From Podospora anserina (lineage: Eukaryota): a stretch of DNA of 64,000 nt. Made by a program: the position numbers and the translations under genes. Below the pieces are notes generated by a model. The model was not told the origin of the DNA, did no database searches, and saw only the letters and a program-made list of their open reading frames with translations. Where the stretch lies: NCBI GenBank assembly GCA_017654855.1, contig CM030333.1, positions 1,054,001 to 1,118,000 of the forward strand, written 5' to 3'. Of this stretch, positions 50,673 through 61,975 are shown in pieces; positions within the stretch are counted from its first letter, which is position 1; each line of letters begins with the position of its first letter.

Positions 50673-51581
50673 ATGTCCTTCACAGAGCAATACGCCAAAT
50701 ACCAGTACTTCCTCACCTCCTCCCCGGCCCCTTATGTAGCCCACGTCCAAATCAACCGCACCTCCAAGCTCAACGCCTTCAAAGAGGCCATGTGGCTCGA
50801 GCTCCGCACCCTCTTCCAGCAACTCTCATCCGACCCCGAAGTCCGCGCCGTCGTCCTGTCGGGAGCCGGCGACAAGGCCTTCACCGCCGGCCTCGACGTG
50901 ACGGAAGCCAGCCAGAACGGGCTGCTGAACCCGGACGGGAACCTAGACGGCGCGAGAAAGGCGGCGAGGCTGCGGAGACACATTGCCGAGTTTCAAGAGT
51001 GCATTTCGGCGGTGGAGAAGTGTGAGAAGCGTGAGTTTCCCTCTTCATCGACATGAATTGGGCATGATATTGACAACAGGTACATAGCTGTCATTGCCGT
51101 TCTGCACGGCATCAGCATTGGTCTCGCGATTGACATCGCCTGCTGCGCCGACGTCAGAATCGCTGCTGCCAACACACGGTTCGCGGTGAAAGAGGTTGAC
51201 ATCGGGCTCGCGGCTGATATCGGCACGCTTGCGCGGCTGCCAAAGGTGGTGGGGAGCTTCTCTTGGGTGAAGGATATCGCGCTGAGCGCTAGGGATTTCG
51301 GGGCCGAGGAGGCGTTGAGGGTTGGGTTTGTCAGTCAGGTGCACGAGTCAAAGGACAAGGCGGTCGAGGCGGCGGTGAAGATGGCGGCGTTTATCGGGGG
51401 AAAGAGTCCAGTGGCGGTGCAGGGGACTAAGGAGGTGTTGAATCATTCGAGGGATCACGCTGTGGAGGAGAACTTGAGGTATGTGGGCATCTGGAACGCG
51501 GCGGCGCTGCAGACGAATGATGTGCAGGCTGCGCTGCTGTCGGGGATGCAGAAGAGGAAGCCTACTTTTGAGAAGCTCTAG
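50673..51581 (+). CDS. ECH1: Delta(3,5),Delta(2,4)-dienoyl-CoA isomerase, crotonase family (283 aa); intron 51031-51087
   Basis: AFTAGLD, KPVIAVLHGISIGLAIDI, KEVDIGLAADIGTL, KSPVAVQGTK; ends PTFEKL (PTS1-like). Confidence 0.92.
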
Positions 51582-51673
51582 GTGTTTTCTGGGGGATGCA
51601 AATAATAAGATTTCAATTGCCCCAAAACTCCGTGCTATGCCAGTTGCTATGTAGCTATCCTGTCCGGCATATC

Positions 51674-51980
51674 TTACATGCCCTTATCCTCATCACTGTC
51701 ATCCAAAGGCACCTCAACACGGTAAGTCTCCTTGAGTTTCTGTTGCGAATCATCAGTGTTCACAGTCTTGTAACGTGGATAATAAAAATAAAATAAAAGA
51801 ACTCACCTCATCTAACCGGGCCTGCAGGGTCTTAACCATTTGCTCCTTCACCATCAGATGAGTCTCGTCAAGGTCCTCGATGATGGCGTCGTTGTTGAGC
51901 TGGGTGCTGTCGATGTGGATGAGGATGGACTTGATGGCTGGCTCGCACTCGATGAGGACGCCGCGGATGGCTCTTGGCAT
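51674..51980 (-). CDS. TFB5: TFIIH subunit TFB5/TTDA (79 aa); intron 51740-51806
   Basis: [17 protein letters not shown]...[13 protein letters not shown]; spliced tail KLKETY...; convergent with the isomerase, with stops ~92 bp apart. Confidence 0.93.
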
Positions 51981-52842
51981 TTTGGCGGTTGGATGTCGAT
52001 GTGAGGCGTGGCAGTAGTGAGATGGATGAAGGTATTGTCAACTGTTCTGATTCTGATGAGTGGTTAGTATATCAAGGTGAGGATGAGAGCAATGAATGAG
52101 CGAGCGATGAAACTGGTCGATGAACAGAAATGATGATGTATAAGCACCATCACAGATGAGCAATACACTGACAGAGATATCATCTGCCCTAACTCTACCA
52201 AAATACAGGCCCCGGTTCATCTCTACCTCATCTCCAACAAATCAAAGCCCGTTGCTGCTCACCTTTTTGCCTGCCGGTACAATCACGATGACGAACTGGT
52301 GGTGTTGGTTGAAAGCGGGACTGCAACAGCAGCGGGTAAAAAACGCCCCAACATGCTAAAAATGGGGCGCTGCAAGGGCACTGTGAAACCAAAGATCTCC
52401 CCCACCAACCCAAACCCTCGGGGTTAGCAGTGCACCACTCGGATTCTGCTCTATTTTCCACCACCAATGACCATCTCACTCTTACACAGAACCTCACCCC
52501 AAGCGGCGCAAGCAAACAAGCCTTGCCATCAGACCCAAAGCTGCGCCCCCTCGCCTCTCGCAGCAACAGCAGATCTGCCAGTTTCAAACCCAAGCTTTTT
52601 ACCTCAGTCTGACCCAACCGCGACTCCTGACAGTGCCTGTGTTGGAGGCGCTGGCGTTGAAAGGATGCAATGCGAGCTATTCTCAGGTTGAAGCCTCACC
52701 TCAAGGTGGGAAACATAAGTTCAGACAAAATGGCGGTTGACCCTTCCCCCCCCCCCCGAATCTGACCTCCGGGATCTGAAATGTTTATGATTTGTCTTTT
52801 TAAACACTTTCTACCACTGATCGATCATAGCAAGAGGTTACA

Positions 52843-53655
52843 ATGTATTCACTCAAGCAATCCTCCCTCCTCACCTTCCTCACTTCAGGCCTCACCATCC
52901 TCGCCGCACCCCAAGTCACTCCACCACCACCCATCCCATCAATCGCCGTCCCACAACCACACCCAGTCCCAACCCTCCCAGTACCACAACCACTTCCTCT
53001 CCCAACAGCTCCAAACCCAGGTCTTATCCCAACCCCAAGACCGAACCCTAACCCCGACAACGACGACGACGACGACGACCAACCTCAGGATGAACCCTCA
53101 ACCACCATCACCACCCCAGCAACAAACCCCTGCCTAACCTCCCTCTCCGCCCTCTTATCAGGTTTCCCCTCCCCCTCCAGTTCCGAAAACCCCCTCTTCC
53201 CCCCCTGGGCCTCCTCCTCCCCCCCACCAATCCTGATCATCTCCTCCGCCCTATCAAGCAACCAATCCTTCTCCCCCGAGCTAGGCCTAGGCGACTCAAC
53301 AGACGAGATGTGCTTCTCCGCCGTGGCAGCCATCACCCCTTCCCCTACTGAACTAGCAGCAGCCTATTCTGCCTATCTGGACGATGTCCAGATGTGGAGA
53401 TTTGCTGTTGAAGGAGAGGCGTACAGGCTGGCGGAGAAGTGTGGAGGGGGGGTGGGGTTGGGGTTGGAGCTTATGATGGCGACGGAGGGGCCGATGTGCA
53501 CGAGTGGGATTCGGGAGAGTGTCAGGCCTTGGGCTACCGGGGGGGTGGAGGGTGGGTTGGGTGTGAGTGCGGGTGTTGGGGGGGGGGAGAAAATGAGGTG
53601 GGGGGTTATGGGGGGGATGTTGGGGTTGGTTGCGGTGGGGATGGTGATGCTTTAG
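52843..53655 (+). CDS. Secreted Pro-rich, Cys-containing putative GPI-anchored protein (270 aa)
   Basis: N-terminal signal peptide, Pro/Thr-rich stalk, four spaced Cys, Gly-rich spacer and hydrophobic C-terminus (GVMGGMLGLVAVGMVML). Confidence 0.7.
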   Translation: MYSLKQSSLLTFLTSGLTILAAPQVTPPPPIPSIAVPQPHPVPTLPVPQPLPLPTAPNPGLIPTPRPNPNPDNDDDDDDQPQDEPSTTITTPATNPCLTSLSALLSGFPSPSSSENPLFPPWASSSPPPILIISSALSSNQSFSPELGLGDSTDEMCFSAVAAITPSPTELAAAYSAYLDDVQMWRFAVEGEAYRLAEKCGGGVGLGLELMMATEGPMCTSGIRESVRPWATGGVEGGLGVSAGVGGGEKMRWGVMGGMLGLVAVGMVML

Positions 53656-55053
53656 GGGATGGTGATGCTTTAGGGGGGCGTTGAAGAGATAAAAAACAAA
53701 AAAGAGAAAGGGTTGCGTGGAAAGTTGCTTGAAAGGGGAAGTGATACTTACTGCTGTGCCATTGGGTAGGTTGTTTGTGTTACTTTATTGTTTAGTTGTC
53801 GTATACCCGGGAGTGTATTTGGTGTTTTGATTGGATAGACTGGAATGTTGGACATGGGTCGAGATAGAGGCGAACTCTTCGGAAACGGCAAATAATACAA
53901 TCTACTATTGATTTTGAACACGACGATGCCTGTTCCGGCGTGATTGGGAATTGTCTGTGCGGATGCGTGATGCAATGGGAGAGGTTTACACAGTAGTGTC
54001 ACAGCATTGGCGTCATCAGGGGACAGCACACCGAGCTTGGGTGGAAGACACGATGCTATCTGGGATATATATCCTGGTCGTTCAGGTTCTAGAACGTGAG
54101 GATCCAAGACGTGCGTTATGTGTGTGGTTCGATCCGGCAAGCAGGGGCCGGTCAGCTTCTGTGCAAGCACTCGGTGTTAGCGGGGTGGGTGTGTTTCGGT
54201 AGCAAAGCTTCTTGAACTCTACCTTAGGTATCTCAACCCAGCTTCTTCTTTGTGTTTTGTTTTGCTCTCTTGATGTCATATCATGACATGTTGCAACAGG
54301 GATAGCATTAAAACAACATGCGTTCTCAGTCTCGAACAGTCTCTTCATCATCTGTCATGATATATTCCCCAATGGGCATCGGCACTTCCACCCACTCTAA
54401 CACAAGCTGCATGCAGCAGCTCTCACCACATACCTCGCACTAAGGTAGTTAGGTACTACCAGTCTGCAAACGGGGCTGCATCTCACCAGTCTTAGCACCA
54501 TCAACATGCCCGACAACCGTTGAAAGCCTGAGCACCGAGGACCGATTGAAACTTTGTTTTTGTGGTTCTTTTCTCTCCGTGCTCTTTGTTGTTGGTGTTG
54601 TTGTTGTTATTGTTGTTGTTGTTGTATCTTTTTTTGCTTTTCCAACACATATGTAATCCACTCCCCCTGGTTCACTAATAACCCATCTCACATACCTCTC
54701 TGTTCCTGCTGTGTGAAGAAGAATAGAAGACGAGAGTGAAAGGCCTGTTGGGGCTCTTTCTTTATTCTTTCCACTCGTTTATTTATTTTTTTCCCCTCGC
54801 AGTATTGTTATTTCACACGACTTTCACCTCCTATCTTACTTTACCCTCCCTCGCTGGTTTTAACGGTGGTGGTGGTGGTAGTGGTGGTGGTAGTGGTGGC
54901 GGTAGTGGTAGTGGTGTGTCGTCATAATCCTGCCCGTTAGGAGGAGAGCCGTTGACGGATGAACCTCCCTCCCCTTCCTGCTCATAGCCGCGGGGACTCA
55001 CATCAACCCACCTACCTTACCAGCCCGTTGGTACCCGTTATCCGGTGCTTTCA

Positions 55054-55971
55054 ATGACATCCCCCTTCGCAACAATGACCTCCTTCGGACCACCCCCGGG
55101 CTTCACTCCCCCCTTTTCCTCCTCCCCAACCTCACCACCATCATCCTCATCCTCCAACGATGACGACGGGTTGTTTTCCGCTGATCATCCTTGGTATGTT
55201 CCCCCTTTTTTTTATATTACCCTCATGGTTGCTAACTCTCCCAGGGCATGGGTCCTAATCCCAGTAGCCCTCCTCTCAACCCTAGGCCTCCTAGCAGCCT
55301 GCCTCCACAACTCCCGCCGCCGCCGCGCCGCCCGCAAACAAGCAGCCACAACCCTGCTACTTAACCACCCACGTCGTCCCGGCCCCCCAGACTCAACCCA
55401 GGTTACGATCCGGGATCTTGAATCAGGGTGGGTGATTCCCGGACGGGAGGCAGCAAGGTGGGCTTGGCCTCCTCCGGCGATGAGAGAGGAGGGGTTGAAT
55501 GAACTTGGGGAGGCGCCGCCGCCGTATGAGAATCATAAGGAGAAGGCGGCGGCGGCGGCGGCGGTGGAGCTGGGTGGGGAAGGGGAGGTGAGGGAGATTG
55601 GGGAGGGGAGCAGTACACAGATTGGGCTGATGGAGTTGGATGGGAGGGAGGTGGTGGTGAGGGAGGAGAGGAGTTGGGTTGAGGGGGTGGATGATGAGAT
55701 TGATACTAGGAGGGTTGGGCCTGATGGGGAGGATGGGGAGGTGGATAAGGAGGGGAGGGGTTCTGACGGTGGGAGTGAGGATGAGGAGGAAAGGGGGCAC
55801 AGAGAAAGGAAAAGGGAAAGGGAAAGGGAAAGGGGGAGTAGCAGCACTGATCGTGCGTATGATGTTGCGGAGGAGGTAATTATCACGCAGCCACCTCCGG
55901 CGGTGCTACGGGAGACTGACAGTGGGAGGCAGCAGCAACGGGTGGATGATGGGAAGGGGAAGAAAGTGTGA
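55054..55971 (+). CDS. Single-pass membrane protein with cytosolic PPPY motif (288 aa spliced); intron 55194-55244
   Basis: TM WVLIPVALLSTLGLLAACL followed by RRRRAARK; EAPPPYE motif; intron GTATGT...CTAAC...CAG. Confidence 0.65.
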   Translation: MTSPFATMTSFGPPPGFTPPFSSSPTSPPSSSSSNDDDGLFSADHPWYVPPFFYITLMVANSPRAWVLIPVALLSTLGLLAACLHNSRRRRAARKQAATTLLLNHPRRPGPPDSTQVTIRDLESGWVIPGREAARWAWPPPAMREEGLNELGEAPPPYENHKEKAAAAAAVELGGEGEVREIGEGSSTQIGLMELDGREVVVREERSWVEGVDDEIDTRRVGPDGEDGEVDKEGRGSDGGSEDEEERGHRERKRERERERGSSSTDRAYDVAEEVIITQPPPAVLRETDSGRQQQRVDDGKGKKV

Positions 55972-56159
55972 TGCTGCGTAGAGCTGGTTGGTTTTGCAGA
56001 TCATTTGTTTGGGATTACACAAGTGGTCATGGAATCAAACCAAAAGGGAAAGAAAAAAAAACCTGCCTTTATTTTTGAACATTCCAAACCATGCAATTTC
56101 TATATCAAGTTGCTCTCATGTCATGCCACCCCGTCATCCTTTATATGTTTTCCCCCCCA

Positions 56160-58219
56160 TCACAGCCTCTGACCACCCCTAGTCTCAACCCTCAACCCAA
56201 CCACGGCCCCAAAAGCAGCCAGTATCAAAACCCCCGCCACCATCACCGGCCCGTCATTCCCTTTCTCTCCATCACTCCCCATCCTCGCCGCCACAACCGG
56301 CGCCAGCAAGCCCATGACCCTATTCAAAAAACTAGCCACCCCCACCGCCGACCCCCTCACCGGCGCAGGGAATATCTCCGGGGTGTACGCATACAGCACC
56401 CCATACATGATATTCTGACTAAAAGCCTCCACGCAGCTAAACACCACCCTTAACACCTCGTTTCTCCCCCACCGAACAAACGCGAACAGACCCACCGCCG
56501 ACACGAGCGTTGAGGTCGCCAGTGTCCCTTTCCGTCCACCGAGGAACGGGAGAGGGGAGTCAACGAGGTGGTAAGCCAGTACAGACCCCGGGATGCCGGT
56601 GAGGGAGTAGAGGATTATGGATGTGTACACTGATGATGATGATGATGAGTCCGGTGAAGAGTGGGATAGATACTGCGGTAAAAACGCATTAAACAACGGG
56701 TATCCCATCCCTATCGTCGCCCAGGTGAGCCAGATCAGGCATGTCGTTGCGCCCAAGCGGCGGGTTGCAAACAATGGTTTGAGACGGGAGGTGGAGAGGA
56801 GGTGGGATCTGACTATCGCGAGCGTTGACAGCCGGTGTGGTTGGTGAGGATGGCCGGTTGACCCGCGGTGGCCGTCATCAGCAACAACATCCAAAAGCTC
56901 CTCCGTCAACCACGTCTTCCTCCCATTCCGAAACGCAATCCCATGCACCACCTTCACCGCCTCCCCTTGTCTCCCTTGAGAGAGCAAAAACTTGGGTGAT
57001 TCCAACAGGTCGAAAATGAAGAATCTCGTGACAAACATGCCAAAGGTGATGACCCCGATGCTAAAAACAAAGCACCGCCACCCCTCGTCGACAGGCCAGT
57101 GAGCAATAAAAAACCAGGCGGCTATCGAGGAGAATAGCTGGCCTATTGGCCACCAGACCGACAGCAGGGTCAACAGCGAGCTTGAGGCGTCGGGGAGGAA
57201 TTCGAGAAATAGTGCGCCGTCGACAGGGAGGTTACCCCCTACCCCGAAACCGAGGGCCGCATACGTCAAGCAGACGGCCGGCCAGGTCGGTGCCCAGGCC
57301 GAGGCGATGCCAAAGAGGGAGGTGATGAGAAGCGTGGCGTTGAAGGCGATGCGGCGGCCGATGATGTCGGACCCAATCCCCCAGACGAAGCTGCCTAGGC
57401 AGAGGCCGATGAAGAGGGAGGAGGTGGTGTACCGGATGTCGGCTTCAGAAACACCAAACTCGGCAGAGAGGGAGGGGAGGGTGAGGGCGATCCCCTGGAA
57501 GGTGTCAGTATTAACCTCTTTCGGGAGTGGCGGAAACAGTTGTGAGATACCTGCATCCATAAACTACCATCCCGTCAGCACTCTCCCGTTTCATCATCTT
57601 ATGTGTAGTAAAGAACTCACTTATCAGCAAACCACCCAAACCCACAGAGCACAAACAACTGCCAGTTGTACCTCCCCATCCCGATGTCCTGTATAGCTTT
57701 GTTCACCAGCCTAGATTTCACTTTTTTTTTCTTTTTCTTCAGCAACCTTCTCACTTTCCCCCCCTCTCAAGTTCACTCACTCTCATATTCCCCCCTCCCA
57801 GCTGCCGTCCTTTTCCCACCACCAGCCCTGACCTCACGTCTCAAGCTCCCAATCGTGTACTCCCTCTCAGCAGCCGTCATGCCCAGTAGTTCCCCAGAAG
57901 AGCTGCTTCGTCGGAGTAACATGCCTGTTCCTTCATCACGACCACCACCACCCTCTAGGTCATCATCATCATAATCATCATCATCGTTATCATCATCATC
58001 GTTATCATCATCATCGTTATCATCATCATCGTTATCATCATCATCTTTTTGGGTATCCTCAGTGGTGTCATCCGTGGAAGTGAGTCTTGACCGGTAAGAA
58101 TGACTGTGTAAATGCGCCTCTGACAGTGGAATAAGGACATTATCGATGGTGTTGATCACCACGCCGGGTGGTAGTGGTGGTGAGGGGTCCAGGAAAAGCG
58201 TTGAGATTGTGCGTAGCAT
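56160..58219 (-). CDS. MFS transporter (SV2/sugar-transporter-like, ~628 aa); introns 57721-57780, 57564-57620, 57495-57550; 13-nt microexon 57551-57563
   Basis: IGMGRYNWQLFVLCGFGWFADNLWMQ, SDIIGRRIAFN, GGNLPVDGALFLEFLP, ESPKFLL, YTPEIFPAPVRG; the spliced model is in frame. Confidence 0.9.
57960..58045 (-). repeat. 15-bp coding tandem repeat (GATGATGATGATAAC)n encoding a DDDDN acidic tract
   Basis: Read directly within MFS exon 1. Confidence 0.9.
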
Positions 58220-59709
58220 TTTCTTGAGGTTGTTGTTGTTGTTGTTGTTGCTCCCAAAAAAGGGGGGGGTTGTGAGGTGAGGCGGGTACCGTTTACTGAA
58301 CGAAACATGCACGGTGTGCTCTGTAGCTTCAGAAATTTGACCGCCAATCTGAAGGATCAGAAAAGGGGGTTTTGCCGAGTCAGGAGAAAGGGGCTAAACT
58401 GAGATATCAGATTGTCAAAAGGTGTGAGGAAACAATATTTCGAGGCTGGAGTTGAGGCTTGAGGCGGCTGGGCTTGAAGCTGTGCTGTGGTGAACCAAGA
58501 ACGTCCTTGTGACCGTTTCTCGAACCGTTCCAGAAAGCGATAGGGCGGGGCCGGATCGGATCCGCTGTGGGTAGGGTTGGTGCAGAAATGTGTAGGCCAA
58601 GAAACTCACTCACTCACCACTCACTCTCACCAAAACCTCAGCAACATCAAAACTGCCATTTCATCACATCACTGCACCAAGGTAGTAGATCGTTCAGCGG
58701 TGAAAATGAACTCAAGCCCCCAAATGAAGACCCTCTCCCCAAATTCTGTGCAACGTCGGGTGATTTTGATGCTTTGCGACAGCTCAGTTCTTTTCCGCAC
58801 TGTGGCACTGTGTCCAGTAGACCACCGACGGAACACACGTCCCTGGATTCCGCCAGTGTGGAAGTTGGGAGCTTTTCCCATGCGAACAGCAATGAAACAC
58901 TACCAGCAGCTCACCTTCATTGCATAAGATACTTCCAGCCGGGCACTCCAATCCACCCGACATTCCGGGTCGCCATCCATCTTTCGGTGAGAGAAACACG
59001 TGGATCTTAAACCCACCTATCCATAGTTGGGGGCCAATATGGCATGCTGAACCGCTGTGAACCGTCACCAGCCCACAGCAAATGGCGCCAAGTTCCGACA
59101 AGCTCGCATGATATCGTTTTGTAATCCGAAAAAGAAACAGCTAAAGAGACCCCTAAGTGTTATCCCATCAGATGTCTTGAAATGGCGGCGAAAAACAGTT
59201 CAGCTGTGACATCTGATCCCTCCTGCGCTCGAGGGAAGCGATCCCCACCAATCCGCCCCAGCCTAACCATTTATCCCCCAAGCTACGCCGTCGTCCCATA
59301 CCCAAAACTGTGACTTTTACCCCTGACCAATGTTGACCCCACTCTGCCTCCTCCTCTCCTACCCACCCGTGGTAGCAATTTCGAGTTTGAGGATGAGTGC
59401 TGAGCAACCATGACAATCCCACCCGCATTTCGAGTGTCACTCCCCCCTTTTATTCTCCCTCGTGTCGTGCGCGTTCGATATTTTCCATTCTCTAGCGACT
59501 GCAAGACTGCGAAGTTGAAGTGACCCGCGTGCTGTATGCTGTTCTATTGGAAGTGCGGGTTCGAGGCCCGGATTATATACTGCGTCCCCGATAGCAAATA
59601 CCCTCCATTCTACCCTGTCATGATCTGGGAGCGTCATATTCCTCCCCGTATTACATTATTATTCTTCTCTGTGCACCTGTCCAAGTTCTCTAACCCTTGC
59701 ATCCTAATC

Positions 59710-61420
59710 CTATTTCCGCTTCTTGAACACAAGTTGAGCACCATCCTAGCACAATCAGCATCGTATCAACATAAGCATCAGGATAGCAACACTTACCATG
59801 GGGAACAGGGTGGCAAACACCTTGATCTCCTCGGACCTAGGCGTCGCATGGTGCGTCCAGTCTAGCTCCAACGACGCCTTGCCAATCATGCCCGCAAAAG
59901 ACATGGGCACATATCTCCTCGCAAGACAGTCGTGAGGGCCAGCCCCAAACACCAACCAGTTCTTGGTCTTCGTCTCGGCATCGCCCGTGATCCACCTGTC
60001 AGGGTCAAAATACTCGGGGTTGGGGTACACCGCTGGGTCGTGGAGTGCCGGGTAGCACGAGGGGATGATCATGGACCCCTTGGGAACCGTGTAGTCAGGT
60101 GTGACCGGAAAGTCCTTGAGAGCCAGGTAGGGGACAAAAATGACGGGCGGTCTCCAGCGGAGCAGCTCCTTGACGACCGCGTTGGTGTAGGTGAGTGATT
60201 CGATCATTTCGAGGTCAAAAGGCTTGGTCCTGTCACCCCCGCGCGCAGCCAGGTTTTCCTCCCGCACCTTGTCGAGCACATCCGGTCGTTGAGCAAGAAT
60301 CTGGAACATCCAAGTGGTGGCGCTGCTCGAGGCATCCTGTGAAGCGAAGAGGAAGGTGAACAGAGTCTCCGAGATCTCCATGTTGGTGAACTCGCGGATC
60401 AAGTTCGCCGGCTTCTCCACTCCTTCTTCCCCGGCGGCAATTCTTTCGCGGTATCTGTTGGACTCGAGCATGTTGAGGACCCAATGGTCAATGGTGCAGA
60501 TCGGGGCGGCACCGGTGGCCATGTTCTTCTTGCAGGCACCAGCAGCGCGTGCAAACTCCTCGTGAACCTCATCGGCCACCTTCTTGCCGATCCATTGCTT
60601 GGTAAACGGGATGTACATGGAAAAGGGAACATTGACCAGCTCCATGGCAGCAGTGACCTTGTAAAAGTCGTCGGCGATTCGCTTGACAGCGTCCTCGGAG
60701 ATGTAGTCGCCGAAGAAGGTGCGCAGAGAAAGGGCGCATTGGATTTCGCGAAACGACGTCATGAAAGCCGTTGGCTTGCCGTTGTTGGCTTCGCTGATGG
60801 CCACAAACCTGTCGAAATACTCGCCCAGCACCTTTTCTTGGACTGGCAGGTAAGTCGACAGGGCCTTGCTGGTAAACAAAGGCGCCAGTCCCCGACGAAA
60901 CTCGACATGGACCTTGCCGGTGAGGAAAACCCAGGCCTTGTGGCTCAGGAGGTCCTTTGCAATGGGGACAATGCATGGCTCGGTATACTGGGGCGACTTG
61001 AATACTTTGTGGGCGAGATCGCGGTCGGAAGCAAGGACAACGAATCTGGGGCAAAAGTGTGTCAGCGTTGGGGTTAGCAATGACAAAAGAAACAAAAAAA
61101 ACATACTTGTGGAAGACGGAAACACAGCTGAGGGGCCCGCTTGCCCACTGGGCCAGATAACCGTCGAATTTGGGGTCGAGGGCCTGCAAGAAGGGTCCCA
61201 TGAAGGGAATCTTGAAGCTGGGGCCAGCAATGGATCCTTTGCGATAAATGTACATGACCTGGTCGTAGACCACCAGACCGAGAAAAATGGTCACCACATA
61301 TTGCCAAGTCTCCCACCCTTTGAGGCAGCTCGTTGCAAGCCCAATGACCGATGATGGCTTCAGGTTATGAATCAGCTTCTCAGGCTGGCCATACGAGGAG
61401 GAATTGACAGGGTCAGCCAT
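59710..61420 (-). CDS. ERG5: Cytochrome P450 CYP61 family, C-22 sterol desaturase-like (532 aa); introns 61046-61106, 59746-59796
   Basis: WASGPLSCVSVFHKFVV, FTFLFASQDASSSA, KELLR, FDPDRW, heme motif FGAGPHDCLA, TPRSEEIKVFATLFPMD. Confidence 0.9.
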
Positions 61421-61975
61421 GTTGCCGGTGGTGTTGCTGGAGGAAGTCCCAGTTGGTTGGTGGGGGCAAAGTGCGGGTTCGGGGGAAAACCTTCAGGGAA
61501 AATAGAAGAAAAGATTAATGGGCGCGCCATGTTCATTTATTATATGCGGACGGACATCCGCGGCAGTCAAAATAACAGCAGCTTAATCACAACCGTCCCC
61601 CTCGAAAGAAACAAACGGCGGCTCCAAATTGGAAGGCAGGAACGTTGTGCTTCGACTTTGCGAACTGTGAAAGGAGGAGCGAGGTGTCCAAAAGAGGACT
61701 AGTCTCCGAATGTTGCACATGCCAAGCCGGACGCTATCTCACCCTCCTTGGCCGACGTTTGGCTGAACAGTTCGGTGAGCTGCGCACTGTGTCGGCGGCG
61801 TCTAGTCCTCTTTTGGAATTCTGCTGGTCAGTATATACGCGGGAAGTCGCGGGGGACATTGCACACATTGCATGCTGACCAAACCACAGACAGATATTTT
61901 CGAACCGCCTGGGATCTCTCTTCTCTTTTTTGATTGCTCAATTCCCCCGTTCGACTTGCCCTGCCTCTCACAACC

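Noticed and set aside
51070..51087. Alternative acceptor CAG at 51079 in the isomerase intron
   Set aside because: Too close to the branch point and gives an immediate stop; no evidence of use.
52130..52171. Plus-strand ATGATGA ... CTGA resembling C/D snoRNA boxes
   Set aside because: Only ~42 nt apart and antisense to the host intron; too short for a C/D snoRNA.
54278..54363. 11-bp inverted repeat ATATCATGACA/TGTCATGATAT
   Set aside because: Isolated short stems with no further support.
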